A stretch of DNA of 64,000 nt from Gammaproteobacteria bacterium (GCA_965222615.1 CBDCUI010000007.1:160001-224000), one strand, 5' to 3'; numbered from the stretch's first letter, positions 19,590 through 31,216 are shown. The notes: generated by a model from the sequence alone, not told the origin. Made by a program: numbers and translations.

Positions 19590-20203
19590 TAAGCCCTTAG
19601 ACTTTCAAGATAATCCTTTACGCTTTGTCCACATTGGTATAAAACTTTTTTGCTTTTGGCATTTTTGGCCATGCCAATGCATCCTTCCAAACTTGCAACA
19701 GTCATAGTTGCAATACTTTTGGTATCGAGATCTTTTTTAACAAAGCCATTTTGTTGGCCTTGTTTGAATGCTGCTTCAATTCCATTCCTCCACATTTCGT
19801 AAATCGCTTCTATCCGAGAGCGAAATCCTTCATCTACCGATGACATCTCTTGAGCAAGATTATTGAGTGGACATCCGCATTGAATGTCTGCTTCTGAAAT
19901 TTCTTGTCCCACTTGCATAATGATTTTTATAAATGCTGAAATTGGATCATCAGATTCTAGAAGTGGTGCTACCCATTGAGCATGAATCTGATTTGCTAAT
20001 AATTCATCCACTACCGCATAACCAAGTTCCAATTTAGTTGGAAAATAATGGTACAACGCGCCTTTAGTAAGATTTGTTGAGGATAGAATTTTCGTTAAGC
20101 TAGCAGCCTGATAACCATGCACATGAATTTCATCAAGCGCTGCTTGCAAAATAATTTGACGGGTCTCAGAGTCTCGCGTGATAGTTTCTGGGTTAGCTTG
20201 CAT
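19589..20203 (-). CDS. TetR/AcrR family transcriptional regulator
   Basis: N-terminal HTH LTKGALYHYFPTKLEL; GCPLNNLAQEMS. Confidence 0.93.
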   Translation of the reverse strand: MQANPETITRDSETRQIILQAALDEIHVHGYQAASLTKILSSTNLTKGALYHYFPTKLELGYAVVDELLANQIHAQWVAPLLESDDPISAFIKIIMQVGQEISEADIQCGCPLNNLAQEMSSVDEGFRSRIEAIYEMWRNGIEAAFKQGQQNGFVKKDLDTKSIATMTVASLEGCIGMAKNAKSKKVLYQCGQSVKDYLESLRA

Positions 20204-20226
20204 TTTAAGTTAAGGGTGTTGGTTGC

Positions 20227-20265
20227 ACATACCAATCGGTATGTTATACATACCGATTGGTATGT
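20227..20265. promoter_or_regulatory. Tandem TetR-type operators
   Basis: ACATACCAATCGGTATGT (20227-20244) and its inverted copy ACATACCGATTGGTATGT (20248-20265), next to a minus-strand TTGACA at 20272-20267 upstream of tetR. Confidence 0.8.
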
Positions 20266-20300
20266 ATGTCAAGCTATTTCATAACCTACTGTTTTAACAC

Positions 20301-20993
20301 ATGAATAAACTCATTCTCCAAAAAGGCATATTTATAACCGGTACTGATACGGACGTCGGTAAAACCTATATCGGTACGCAAATTGTGGCGCTACTGCATG
20401 ACAATCGCATTAATGCCGTGCCAAGAAAACCAATTGAGTCAGGATGTTTGTCTAGCGACGAGGATTTAATACCTGACGATGCAAGCAAATACTTTGCAGC
20501 TGCAAATCAAATCTATCCGCTTAACGACATTTGCCCGTTTCGATTCGAACCTGCAATTTCGCCACAACGTGCTGCACGTTTAGTCAATCAACCTGTATAC
20601 CTTCAAGAAGCAATCGAAGCATGTACTAAAAATTTAGCTGACAATGATTATTTAGTTATTGAAGGGGCGGGAGGATTTTATTCACCACTATGTGAAGATG
20701 GCAAAAATGCCGATCTTGCTGAAAAATTAAGTTTACCAATTTTATTAGTTGCCAGCGATCAACTCGGTTGTATCAATCACATTTTGTTAACTACGGAAGC
20801 AATTCATCATCGTGGTTTAGCTTTGTCCGCGGTGGTACTTAATCAACAACATGATGGGCATGATGAAAACATGAATAATCTTGAAGATTTGAAAAATTTG
20901 CTTGATGTCCCGGTTTTTTCTATTACAAAGAATGAAAAAATTAAGAAAGATTCAGTATTAATTGAACTCATTACTGGCCTTTATAGGTCATGA
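20301..20993 (+). CDS. bioD: Dethiobiotin synthase
   Basis: FITGTDTDVGKT, KPIESG, VIEGAGG, LGCINH. Confidence 0.95.
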   Translation: MNKLILQKGIFITGTDTDVGKTYIGTQIVALLHDNRINAVPRKPIESGCLSSDEDLIPDDASKYFAAANQIYPLNDICPFRFEPAISPQRAARLVNQPVYLQEAIEACTKNLADNDYLVIEGAGGFYSPLCEDGKNADLAEKLSLPILLVASDQLGCINHILLTTEAIHHRGLALSAVVLNQQHDGHDENMNNLEDLKNLLDVPVFSITKNEKIKKDSVLIELITGLYRS

Positions 20994-21042
20994 GTGAGCG
21001 CAAGGATACGCGAATAAGAGTCAAATCATGGATGATTTGCTC
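20994..21042. repeat. Short double-hairpin element (GTGAGCGCAAGGATACGCGAAT type)
   Basis: Resembles the insert inside the 16301 REP; second hairpin GAGTCAAATCATGGATGATTTGCTC; starts right after the bioD stop. Confidence 0.5.
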
Positions 21043-21186
21043 TAATTAATTTCTTTTCTTAAATATCCGCTTTAGACTGCCGACTCAAGTGATCGCTGCA
21101 ACACAAGCATTAAAACGTTCAGCAGGTTCCTAAACTTGGTTACAGAGAAACTCGAAGTTATAAATAAAGCACATTGCGTTCTTACA

Positions 21187-21636
21187 TTAATCATTTTCCT
21201 CCCGAATTCCGTCAGCTTGGCTCTGTTGTAATGATTCAAATACGATGTCATATAGCTGTTTCTCAGATATTTTTCCATCCGCACTTTTAACCATTGCATC
21301 TACAATCGTTCCTCTATCTAGCGCGATAGCTTTCCATCCATGTTGGAGTAGAAATACGTTCATGGAAATAAATGCTGTGCGCTTATTCCCATCTTCAAAG
21401 GCATGTCCTTTTGATATTGCAACACCATACATAGCTGCAATTTCAAGTACGTCCGTTATCTCACCATAATGATAATTATTTGGGACACGGTGAAGTATGG
21501 ATTCTAAATCACCAGAAGTTTTTTCTCCTGGTTTTCCTCCACCGTAATCTTCAGAAATAGCAATTTCGTGGATATCTCGAACCACAGTTGATTCGAGCCA
21601 TTTAATTTGAACTTCTTGATTAGCTTGTGTGCTTAT
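21187..21636 (-). CDS. Doc/Fic-family type II toxin (death-on-curing); start uncertain (GTG 21585 or ATA 21636)
   Basis: HAFEDGNKRTA Doc-type Fic motif; the frame stays open upstream of the GTG (…QIKWLESTVVRDIHE). Confidence 0.85.
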   Translation of the reverse strand: MSTQANQEVQIKWLESTVVRDIHEIAISEDYGGGKPGEKTSGDLESILHRVPNNYHYGEITDVLEIAAMYGVAISKGHAFEDGNKRTAFISMNVFLLQHGWKAIALDRGTIVDAMVKSADGKISEKQLYDIVFESLQQSQADGIREEND

Positions 21637-21806
21637 CGCTTTGCTAACTCTCGAATAGTATCTTTATGTGTTGTTACTACCTGAGTGATAGCTGTTGCGC
21701 TAGACACATCTGTTTGGATAGGGTGCACAGGAGTAGACACACCATAACGATTGGTGCGTTTAGATTTTTTGTCATATGATTGTACAAATACGGCTCTTGT
21801 GTTCAT
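21633..21806 (-). CDS. Putative 57-aa antitoxin partner of Doc
   Basis: Hand translation MNTRAVFVQSYDKKSKRTNRYGVSTPVHPIQTDVSSATAITQVVTTHKDTIRELAKR*; AAGAGG ribosome site; directly upstream of doc; C-terminal ...RELAK helix as in Doc antitoxins. Confidence 0.7.
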   Translation of the reverse strand: MNTRAVFVQSYDKKSKRTNRYGVSTPVHPIQTDVSSATAITQVVTTHKDTIRELAKR

Positions 21807-22009
21807 GCCTCTTACCTATTTATTTTAAGGTGCATTTTTCCAATTGGTTTAATACTAACATAGCACTGCATATAACAGTTTAGATTCATATCACTATATA
21901 TGACCATATATCAGTATTAGTGGTTCCTAATATAAATAACTTATTGTTTTATATAGGCACAATCTCCTCTCCTAATACTCCACAATTACTTATCCGAACA
22001 TTCATGTGC

Positions 22010-23317
22010 TCATAAGTTATAGCCGGTCTCCTCGTGCTGTGTAATATCCAATCCTTCCGTTTCTTGTTGTTCGTCTACGCGCAAACCCACAACAAGTTTC
22101 ACAACTTGCAAAATAATAAAAGTTACAATTACCGTCCAAACTAGCACTGCTAAGATGCCTTGTACTTGTATCCAAACTTGCGAAGCTATTGTCATGCCAT
22201 CCCCTAAACCAGCTCCACCAAATTGTTCAGCCACCAAAACACCTACCAATAGCGTTCCTAAAATTCCACCCACTCCATGTACGGGGAATACATCTAAAGA
22301 ATCGTCTATTTGAAGCGCACGCTTGATAAAGTTAGTCGCAATAAAACAAATGATTCCAGCTAAAGCCCCTATAAGCAATGCACCTAAAGGGCCAACAAAA
22401 CCAGATGCGGGAGTAATCGTACCAAGCCCTGCTACCATGCCAGTAACAATACCAAGTACACTTGGTTTACCGTATTTGATCCACTCTGCAAACATCCACA
22501 TTAAAGATGCAGTGGCCGCACTAATATGTGTCACTAACATCGCCATCCCTGCATCGTTATTGGCGGCTACCGCACTACCTGCATTAAAACCAAACCAACC
22601 TACCCATAACATACCTGCCCCGGTCACTGACATGGTTAAGTTGTGTGGAGGCATTGCCGTACGAGGAAACCCTTTTCTTTTACCAAGCACAACTGCTGCA
22701 ACAATCGCTCCCACACCAGCGGTTAAGTGCACAACCAAACCACCAGCAAAATCCAACACGCCTTTCTGACCTAACCAACCTCCACCCCATACCCAATGAC
22801 AGACAGGTAGATAAACAAAGGCAAGCCATAACATTGAAAACCATAACATCGATGAAAACTTCATGCGCTCCGCGAAGCCACCCACTACTAATGCTGGAGT
22901 AATAATGGCAAAAGTCATTTGAAACATTACAAATACAGACTCTGGAATCGTGCCACTCATTGAGCTACGAGAAACATCAGATAAAAAAGTATTCGAAAAT
23001 CCTCCCAACCAGTTATTCATTGCACCGCCATCGCTAAATGCAAGACTGTAACCAAATACTAACCAAACAAGTGATGCGAAACACGTTATCGCAAAACACT
23101 GCATCATTACTGACAATACATTTTTACTACGCACTAAACCTGCGTAAAAAAGTGACAACCCGGGAATGGTCATAAACAAAACCAGAGCAGTAGAGGTTAA
23201 TAACCAAGCTGTATCACCTGTATCTAACCCATCTTCAGCAAATGCAACACTCGGCAATACAGTAATTAAAATTATTAACAACCAAAATTTATTTTTATGC
23301 GTTAGTTTGCTATCCAT
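22010..23317 (-). CDS. amtB: Ammonium transporter
   Basis: FQMTFAIIT, DFAGGLVVH, LWVGWFGFNAGS, DDSLDVFPVHG; downstream of glnK. Confidence 0.97.
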   Translation of the reverse strand: MDSKLTHKNKFWLLIILITVLPSVAFAEDGLDTGDTAWLLTSTALVLFMTIPGLSLFYAGLVRSKNVLSVMMQCFAITCFASLVWLVFGYSLAFSDGGAMNNWLGGFSNTFLSDVSRSSMSGTIPESVFVMFQMTFAIITPALVVGGFAERMKFSSMLWFSMLWLAFVYLPVCHWVWGGGWLGQKGVLDFAGGLVVHLTAGVGAIVAAVVLGKRKGFPRTAMPPHNLTMSVTGAGMLWVGWFGFNAGSAVAANNDAGMAMLVTHISAATASLMWMFAEWIKYGKPSVLGIVTGMVAGLGTITPASGFVGPLGALLIGALAGIICFIATNFIKRALQIDDSLDVFPVHGVGGILGTLLVGVLVAEQFGGAGLGDGMTIASQVWIQVQGILAVLVWTVIVTFIILQVVKLVVGLRVDEQQETEGLDITQHEETGYNL

Positions 23318-23351
23318 ATTGTTTTACCTTTCTCACATCTACTTATTATTT

Positions 23352-23702
<351 letters not shown>

Positions 23703-23860
23703 CTAAATTTAGAATGATTTCTGTAATTACAGTTTAGGTGTAATTCTTATTTTAATAGGACCCGTGCTGGCCCGTTTTAGTTAAAGAACTATAAAGAATT
23801 TATTACGCAATTACACTACAACATGCTGCTTTGTAAAAGCGTGCACTAATACTAGCTATA

Positions 23861-23877
23861 TGCACCATTTACGTGCA
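23861..23877. promoter_or_regulatory. Candidate NtrC binding site
   Basis: TGCACCATTTACGTGCA fits TGCAC-N7-GTGCA upstream of glnK-amtB; a further TGCACT half-site at 23842. Confidence 0.6.
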
Positions 23878-23943
23878 AATAGATAGATCAGTGGGATGAA
23901 TTTTGAGCAGGTTAGCTGCCCTGCGTGAATTAAAGCTTATCGG

Positions 23944-23973
23944 TACACAGGGAAACCATTGCTTCCCTGTGTA
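23944..23973 (-). terminator. Stem-loop downstream of fba
   Basis: TACACAGGGAA-accattgc-TTCCCTGTGTA just past the aldolase stop; no clear U-tract. Confidence 0.5.
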
Positions 23974-23985
23974 TGGTCGGTTCAG

Positions 23986-25011
23986 TTAAGCAGCTTGCTT
24001 TTCCATTGCATCACTATATTTACCCAATGCAGCGGAACCATTGCATTTTGCGCGCCAAAGTAAGGCTTGCTGCGCCTTGCCTACATTTTCAGTTTCCCCA
24101 TTCCAAGTCTGCATCGCAGTTTGTTGTAAGGCGCGTCCATAAGAAAATGTTAGCGCCCAAGGTAAATTAATGCCTAGCGCATTCATGGCATTGAGATGTG
24201 CGCTGGCCTCTTCATCACTTTGTCCGCCTGATAAAAATGCGATGCCGGGTACCGCAGCGGGTACTGTATTTAATAAACAACGTACTGTTTGTTCAGCAAC
24301 GGTTTTTACATCTGCTCGATTGGTTGCAGATGCACCAGATATAACCATACTAGGTTTTAACACCATACCTTCTAAAACCACCCCTTGGTTTTTTAGTTGG
24401 TGAAACACAATTCGTTGGGTAAGTTCAGTCACTTCATAGCAACGCTCGATTGAATGATCACCATCCATGAGGACTTCCGGCTCAACAATAGGAACAATAC
24501 CCGCTTCTTGACTTAACGCTGCATAACGCGCAAGTCCATGTGCATTGGCTTCGATGCAAGACCAACTTGGAATGTGGTCACCAATGGTGATCACTGCACG
24601 CCACTTAGAAAAACGTGCGCCTAGCTCATAGTACTCTGCAAATCTTTCGCGTAATCCGTCCAAACCTTCTGTAACTTTTTCATCTTCATGTCCTGCAAGA
24701 GTTTTGGCACCGGCATCCACTTTGATTCCTGGAATAATTCCATTTTTGCTTAAATGGTCTGCAAAAGGCGTTCCATCTAAAGTTTTTTGACGAATGGTTT
24801 CATCAAATAAAATTGCACCGCTGATGTAATCGGATAAACCAGGTGCGGTAACTAGCATGTCGCGATAAGCTTGCCGCATTTCTTCCGTAGTCGATATACC
24901 TAGTTTTTCAAAACGCTTGTTACATGTAGGGTGACTCTCATCCATTGCTAAGATGCCTCGACCTGGGGCAACCATTGCAGACGCAATTTTATTTAACTCT
25001 TCTATATTCAT
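23986..25011 (-). CDS. Fructose-bisphosphate aldolase, class I
   Basis: GILAMDES, GIIPGIKVD, FSKWRAV, VPIVEPEV, LKPSMV, FLSGGQS, FSYGRALQ. Confidence 0.95.
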   Translation of the reverse strand: MNIEELNKIASAMVAPGRGILAMDESHPTCNKRFEKLGISTTEEMRQAYRDMLVTAPGLSDYISGAILFDETIRQKTLDGTPFADHLSKNGIIPGIKVDAGAKTLAGHEDEKVTEGLDGLRERFAEYYELGARFSKWRAVITIGDHIPSWSCIEANAHGLARYAALSQEAGIVPIVEPEVLMDGDHSIERCYEVTELTQRIVFHQLKNQGVVLEGMVLKPSMVISGASATNRADVKTVAEQTVRCLLNTVPAAVPGIAFLSGGQSDEEASAHLNAMNALGINLPWALTFSYGRALQQTAMQTWNGETENVGKAQQALLWRAKCNGSAALGKYSDAMEKQAA

Positions 25012-25086
25012 TTTTTTCTCCTACAACCTATTTTAAATTTCATGATAAATTAATTATGGGTATTAAATTAAAACATATTCTAACAA

Positions 25087-26565
25087 CTATTCTGGCTCAA
25101 TTAAGTGTCCTACTCGAACTATTTTCAATGCATTAGTACCCCCATCGACTCCCATTAAATCACCCTTGGTAATAATGACCAAATCATTTTCATGCACAAC
25201 TTCACAACATAACAAAACATCGATGGCATCTTTATTTACTTCGGCATGTGTTCGTCCCAGTAGCTCCAAACTGGCAGGATATACACCTTTATATAGCGTT
25301 ACTCTGCGCAAGGTTTTTTCGTGTCGCGTCAACGCATATATTGGTATTTCAGAATTGATACGGGACATCCATAGCGCTGTGGAACCCGATTCTGTCAAAG
25401 CGGCAATCGCAGCCACGTTGAGGTGATTAGCGATATACATAGCTGACATAGCAATGGCCTCATCGACGCGGTCAAAACGCGCTTCCAAACGATGATCTGC
25501 CATTTTTTTATACACTCGTCTTTCAGCAGCCAAGCAGGTGCGATTCATCGCCTTGACTGACTCGACTGGATATTTGCCCACAGCCGTTTCCCCAGACAAC
25601 ATTACCGCATCGGTTCCATCTATGACTGCATTGGCAACATCGGAGACCTCTGCACGAGTAGGGATTGGGCTATAGGTCATCGACTCCATCATTTGCGTTG
25701 CAGTAATCGCAATTCGGTTCTTATCATGCGCCATGTCTATCAATGACTTTTGTACACCTGGCACTTCGGCATCCCCAATTTCCACACCGAGGTCACCACG
25801 ACCGATCATAATGGCATCGCATTCATCTAAGATTTCATTGATCGTCTCTAATGCCTCTACTCGTTCGATCTTAGCAATGATGCCAGCGGTACCACCTGCT
25901 TCAATTAATAAGTCTTTAGCTTGTCGAATGTCTCGAGCTGAACGAGCAAAAGAAACCGCCAGGTAATCGATGTCTAGCTTGGCCGCATTTCGTATATCCT
26001 CCAAATCTTTGGAGGTTATCGCAGAAGCAGATAAGCCGCCGCCTTGTCGATTGATACCTTTATTACTACAAAGGTCGCCTCCCATGATGACATCAGATGT
26101 AATTTTTCCATTTGCAACACTTGTTACATTTAAAACAATGCGTCCATCATCAATTAATAAAGTATCTCCTTCCGTAATATCATCCGCTAAACCTTTATAA
26201 GTGGTTCCGACACGTTCCTGATCACCTTGGTCGATTGGTAGATTGACATCGATACAAAATTGTTCGCCTTCATTTAGCTGAACTACTTTATCCTTAAAAA
26301 TACCGATTCTAATTTTGGCGCCCTGCAAATCACCCAGCACACCCACTTCATAATTTTTTTCTTTAGTAAGTTTACGGAGTGTCTTTATACGCCATGCATG
26401 TTCTTCAAATGTGCCATGAGAAAAATTTAATCGCACTAAATCGATACCGGCATCCATTAACTTGCTAATAGTTTTCTCGCTATCGGTCGCGGGCCCTAAG
26501 GTTGCGATGATTTTTGTATGACGAAATCTATTTTTTCGTTGGCGAATTTCAGTAAGAATGCTCAT
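25087..26565 (-). CDS. pyk: Pyruvate kinase
   Basis: TKIIATLGPAT, RLNFSHG, IAKIER, RGDLGVEI, ATQMMESM, DAVMLSGETA. Confidence 0.97.
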   Translation of the reverse strand: MSILTEIRQRKNRFRHTKIIATLGPATDSEKTISKLMDAGIDLVRLNFSHGTFEEHAWRIKTLRKLTKEKNYEVGVLGDLQGAKIRIGIFKDKVVQLNEGEQFCIDVNLPIDQGDQERVGTTYKGLADDITEGDTLLIDDGRIVLNVTSVANGKITSDVIMGGDLCSNKGINRQGGGLSASAITSKDLEDIRNAAKLDIDYLAVSFARSARDIRQAKDLLIEAGGTAGIIAKIERVEALETINEILDECDAIMIGRGDLGVEIGDAEVPGVQKSLIDMAHDKNRIAITATQMMESMTYSPIPTRAEVSDVANAVIDGTDAVMLSGETAVGKYPVESVKAMNRTCLAAERRVYKKMADHRLEARFDRVDEAIAMSAMYIANHLNVAAIAALTESGSTALWMSRINSEIPIYALTRHEKTLRRVTLYKGVYPASLELLGRTHAEVNKDAIDVLLCCEVVHENDLVIITKGDLMGVDGGTNALKIVRVGHLIEPE

Positions 26566-26566
26566 C

Positions 26567-27745
26567 TTAATTGGCAGCTCTTTGCTCTAGAATTTCCACA
26601 GCAGGAAGAATTTTTCCTTCTAAATATTCCAAAAACGCACCACCTCCTGTTGAGATATAAGAGATCTGATCCCCCACACCAAATTTATCAACTGCGGCTA
26701 AGGTATCCCCACCACCCGTAATCGAAAATGCATCACTTGTCGCAATAGCCTTTGCTACAACTTCAGTACCCTTAGAAAATGCATCAAATTCAAATACACC
26801 TATTGGACCGTTCCAAACAATAGTACCAGCAGCTTGCATAAAATCGGCTAATTTTGCAGATGATTGCGGGCCGATATCCAAAATCAAATCTTCATTATTA
26901 ACCTCATCCACTGATTTGATTGTAGCCCTAGCCGTTTCACTAAATTCAGTTGCACAAACCACATCTGTTGGTAAAGGAATTTGAGTATCCTTTTTTTCGG
27001 CTTCGATTAGTAATTCTTTGGCAACATCGAGCAAATCTTTTTCATATAAAGACTGCCCAATGGGTTTCCCCACTGCTGCCAAAAAGGTATTAACGATACC
27101 TCCTCCTACAATTAATTGGTCTACGTTATTTAACAAAGATTTTAATACGGTCAACTTAGTTGAAACTTTTGAACCACCTACAATCGCCACCATCGGTCTG
27201 GCTGGATCCGATAGGGCTTTTTCTAAAGAATCCAGTTCTTTTTTCAATAATGGACCTGCACATGCTAGCGGAGCAAATTTTGCAACACCATGTGTTGAAG
27301 CTTGAGCACGATGTGCAGTTCCAAATGCATCCATTACATATACATCACATAGATTTGCCATTTTCTTAGCAAGTTGGTCATCGTTGCCCTTTTCACCTAC
27401 TTGAAAACGCACGTTTTCGCACAGAATGATTTCATTGTCATGAAAATCTAAGCCATCAAGCCAATTTTTCTCAAGTCTCACATTAAGACCACATTGGTCA
27501 CGAAGATAATTGGCTATCGGTAGTAAAGATTGCGCTTCATCAAAGACACCTTCAGTCGGTCTACCGCGATGAGACAACAAAATGACTTTAGCGCCTTTAT
27601 CGATTGCAAGCTTTATGGTTGGCAAAGCAGCTTCGATTCGTTTAGCACTGGTCACACGCCCATCTTTTATAGGAACATTTAGATCTTCACGAATCAGCAC
27701 ACGCTGATTCGCTAAATCTATATCTGCCATACTCAAAACTGACAT
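26567..27745 (-). CDS. pgk: Phosphoglycerate kinase
   Basis: [43 protein letters not shown]. Confidence 0.98.
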   Translation of the reverse strand: MSVLSMADIDLANQRVLIREDLNVPIKDGRVTSAKRIEAALPTIKLAIDKGAKVILLSHRGRPTEGVFDEAQSLLPIANYLRDQCGLNVRLEKNWLDGLDFHDNEIILCENVRFQVGEKGNDDQLAKKMANLCDVYVMDAFGTAHRAQASTHGVAKFAPLACAGPLLKKELDSLEKALSDPARPMVAIVGGSKVSTKLTVLKSLLNNVDQLIVGGGIVNTFLAAVGKPIGQSLYEKDLLDVAKELLIEAEKKDTQIPLPTDVVCATEFSETARATIKSVDEVNNEDLILDIGPQSSAKLADFMQAAGTIVWNGPIGVFEFDAFSKGTEVVAKAIATSDAFSITGGGDTLAAVDKFGVGDQISYISTGGGAFLEYLEGKILPAVEILEQRAAN

Positions 27746-27823
27746 GGCGTGACTCTATATATTTGAGTCGTAGAAATTAACATAGAAGTCTGAATTAAAG
27801 CGTACAATAAAATTGTTAAGCAA

Positions 27824-27960
27824 AGAGCCTCTCACGGATAGCGAAAACACTTAGAACAAGGCAAAACTTTTCGAAAAAGCGCAGTGTATAAGTAATACAT
27901 GAGCATTTTGAGAAAAGTTTTAACGCAGTTATCAGTGTTTGCAGCATGCGTGACGCATTA
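27824..27960. mobile_element. Diverged third member of the palindromic MITE-like family
   Basis: Core AAGGCAAAACTTTTCGAAAAAGCGCAGTGTATAAGTAATACATGAGCATTTTGAGAAAAGTTTTAAC parallels 1063-1198; degenerate ends; abuts the gap stop codon. Confidence 0.65.
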
Positions 27961-28965
27961 TTACTTCGCGTTCATCAATGCGACGGTGGTGTCTATCATG
28001 CGATTCGAAAATCCCCACTCATTGTCATACCAAGAACAGACTTTCACAGTACGTGTACCCATCACCTTGGTCAGCGACGCATCAAAATTAGAGGAATGTG
28101 AGTCATGATTAAAATCGACCGAGACCAGAGGTGCATCAACATAATCAAGCACATGACCATCGGCGGCTTCTTTCATTACTGAATTTATTTCATCTACGGT
28201 TATGTCACGAGATGCCAGAAAAGTAAGATCCACTATCGAAACATTAATCGTTGGCACGCGCATGGCAAAACCGTCTAACTTTCCATTTAATTCTGGTAGT
28301 ACCAATCCAACTGCAGATGCAGCACCAGTTTTGGTCGGAATCATCGACATGGTGGCTGAACGCGCACGTCTTAAATCACTATGGTACACATCTGTCAATA
28401 CTTGATCATTGGTATAGGCATGAATTGTGGTCATCACACCATTTTCTACACCAATTTTTTCATGTAGTGGCTTCACCAACGGCGCCAAACAATTAGTTGT
28501 ACAAGATGCATTTGAAATCACTGTGTCACTTGCTTTGAGCACATCATGGTTTACGCCATAAACAATGGTAGCATCGACATCTTTACCACCCGGCGCGGAA
28601 ATAATTACTTTTTTTGCCCCCGCAGTTAAATGCCCTGAGGCTTTTTCTTTACTGGCAAAGAAACCAGTACTTTCATGTACAACATCAATGCCCAGTTCTG
28701 TCCAAGGAAGCTTGCTGGGGTCACGTTCCGCACATACTTGAATACGATCACCATTAATGACCATATAATCCCCATCGACTTCTACTGAACCATTAAATCT
28801 TCCGTGGGCAGTATCAAATTGCGTCAAATGTGCATTAGTATTTGCATCCCCCAAATCATTAATTGCAACAACCTGAATTTCTTTATTGCGGCCTGATTCA
28901 TAAATTGCACGCATAATATTTCTACCAATACGCCCATAACCATTAATTGCAACTTTTATAGCCAT
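27961..28965 (-). CDS. gap: Type I glyceraldehyde-3-phosphate dehydrogenase
   Basis: [37 protein letters not shown]; start placed at ATG 28965 after GGAGAAAGGAA. Confidence 0.97.
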   Translation of the reverse strand: MAIKVAINGYGRIGRNIMRAIYESGRNKEIQVVAINDLGDANTNAHLTQFDTAHGRFNGSVEVDGDYMVINGDRIQVCAERDPSKLPWTELGIDVVHESTGFFASKEKASGHLTAGAKKVIISAPGGKDVDATIVYGVNHDVLKASDTVISNASCTTNCLAPLVKPLHEKIGVENGVMTTIHAYTNDQVLTDVYHSDLRRARSATMSMIPTKTGAASAVGLVLPELNGKLDGFAMRVPTINVSIVDLTFLASRDITVDEINSVMKEAADGHVLDYVDAPLVSVDFNHDSHSSNFDASLTKVMGTRTVKVCSWYDNEWGFSNRMIDTTVALMNAK

Positions 28966-29015
28966 TTCCTTTCTCCATTCTTGTCTCAAATATTTATAAA
29001 ACTTTACTCTTACTT

Positions 29016-31013
29016 CTAACTTAACATTTCTAGTGCTTGCTGAATGATATTCTCTTCACTAAAACCAAAATGCTGCATTACCACATTTCCTGGTGCTGAA
29101 GCACCAAAAGTATCTATACCAATTGTACGTCCTTCAATGCCAACGTATTTACACCAGTAATCTGACACACCTGCTTCAATCGCTAGACGCTTGCCAACCG
29201 ACTTGGGTAAGACCGATTCTTTATAAATCTCATCTTGAGCATCAAACACATCTGTACTCGGCATCGATACCATGCGTACCTGCCTGCCTTGCTGATTAAG
29301 TTGTTGGGCAGCATTTAATGCAATGCTCACTTCAGAGCCGGTTGCAATTAAAATAAGTTCAGGCGTTTGCGAACAATCATGTAATACATACCCACCCTTA
29401 GAAATCGCATCGACTTGTTGCGAGTTGCGTTCAATGAAGGGTAAATTTTGACGCGAAAACACTAAACAAGTGGGGCCAGATTTTTGTTCGATCGCAAATT
29501 TCCATGCCACCGCTGTTTCAACAGTATCCGCAGTGCGCCAAACTGACATATTGGGGATATAACGCAACGTTGCGAGCTGCTCAACGGCTTGATGGGTGGG
29601 CCCGTCTTCACCAAGACCGATTGAATCATGTGTATAAATAAATATATTTTGCAACTCCATCAATGCCGCCATGCGTAAGGCATTACGTGCATATTCTGAA
29701 AACACTAAGAAAGTTGCGCCATAAGGGATAAACCCGCCATGTAAGGCTATACCCGAATTGATAGCAGACATACCAAATTCTCGAACACCATAATAAATAT
29801 AATTCCCGCTACTATCATTAGAAGTAACCGCCTTAGAGCCTGACCACCAGGTATTATTAGAACCAGTCAGATCCGCAGAGCCACCGATTAACTCCGGTAA
29901 TAATTTTGCATAACCATCCAAAGCCAATTCAGAAGCCTTGCGTGTCGCAACGGTTTTCTTTTCATCAACAGCACAATTGATAACTTTTTGAGATTCTATA
30001 GACCAATTATCCGGCAGCTTACCATTCACTCTTCTTAAAAATTCTGCAGCACAATCCGGGTATTTATTCTGATACTCATTGAATCGTTCTTGCCATTGAT
30101 TTTCGAAGGCAGCTCCTCTTTCCGTAGCACTCCACTCACTATATATATTATCTGGAATCTGAAATGGCTCATGCCCCCAACCTATTTCTACTCGTACCTG
30201 TTGAATTTCATCCTCTCCAAGCGGAGCACCATGCGTACTTGCTGTTCCCTGCTTATTGGGCGAACCCCAACCAATAATCGTTTTACAACATATTAAGCTT
30301 GGTTTGGTGGAATCACTTTGTGCTTCTTCAATAGCCGCTTTAACTTTTGCAGCATTATGTCCGTCCACGTTTTCGACAACTTGCCAACCATAAGATTTAA
30401 ATCTGGTCGGAGTATCGTCGGTGTACCATGCTTCGACTTCACCATCAATTGAAATTCCATTATCGTCATAAAAGACAATTAATTTTCCAAGACCGAGTGT
30501 ACCTGCTAGCGAACACACCTCATGAGAAATACCCTCCATCAAACAACCATCCCCTACAAACACATAAGTGTAATGATCAACAATCTCTATATCATTCTTA
30601 TTAAATGTCGCTGCAAGAATTTTCTCTGCCAACGCCATTCCTACTGCATTACTAATTCCTTGTCCAAGTGGTCCTGTCGTGGTTTCCACTCCGGGTGTGT
30701 CGCCATATTCAGGATGACCCGGAGTTTTCGAATGTAGTTGTCGAAAGTTTTTAATCTCTTCAATCGATAAATCGTAGCCGCTTAAGTGAAGTAAGGAGTA
30801 CAGCAACATCGATCCGTGACCGTTTGAAACGACAAATCGATCGCGATCGGGCCATTGGGGATTCTTCGGGTTATGTTTTAAAAAGTCACTCCAAAGCACT
30901 TCAGCGATATCGGCCATGCCCATGGGCATACCGGGATGACCTGATTTAGCCTGCTGTACAGCATCCATACTCAATGCGCGAATGGCATTGGCGAGCTCTC
31001 TACGATTTTCCAT
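29016..31013 (-). CDS. tkt: Transketolase
   Basis: [51 protein letters not shown]; likely start at MENRREL (31013). Confidence 0.98.
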   Translation of the reverse strand: MENRRELANAIRALSMDAVQQAKSGHPGMPMGMADIAEVLWSDFLKHNPKNPQWPDRDRFVVSNGHGSMLLYSLLHLSGYDLSIEEIKNFRQLHSKTPGHPEYGDTPGVETTTGPLGQGISNAVGMALAEKILAATFNKNDIEIVDHYTYVFVGDGCLMEGISHEVCSLAGTLGLGKLIVFYDDNGISIDGEVEAWYTDDTPTRFKSYGWQVVENVDGHNAAKVKAAIEEAQSDSTKPSLICCKTIIGWGSPNKQGTASTHGAPLGEDEIQQVRVEIGWGHEPFQIPDNIYSEWSATERGAAFENQWQERFNEYQNKYPDCAAEFLRRVNGKLPDNWSIESQKVINCAVDEKKTVATRKASELALDGYAKLLPELIGGSADLTGSNNTWWSGSKAVTSNDSSGNYIYYGVREFGMSAINSGIALHGGFIPYGATFLVFSEYARNALRMAALMELQNIFIYTHDSIGLGEDGPTHQAVEQLATLRYIPNMSVWRTADTVETAVAWKFAIEQKSGPTCLVFSRQNLPFIERNSQQVDAISKGGYVLHDCSQTPELILIATGSEVSIALNAAQQLNQQGRQVRMVSMPSTDVFDAQDEIYKESVLPKSVGKRLAIEAGVSDYWCKYVGIEGRTIGIDTFGASAPGNVVMQHFGFSEENIIQQALEMLS

Positions 31014-31216
31014 GCAATCGATACTTATATATATGGGAGTAGGGCCTGACGCCACTTGGTTTTATTTTTATGATCTTATTAATTAGGAAAGGCCCCGTTT
31101 ACAACAGGACCCAACAAATTCTATTCCCTTATTACGGGGTCGCTATTGTGAAATAGAACCCTAGTAAGGGCAACAATACATAGTGGATAAAACTTGTTCG
31201 ATTTCTACTCATATGC

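Noticed and set aside
27899-28108. 69-aa plus-strand ORF
   Set aside because: Starts in the palindromic element and runs antisense to gap
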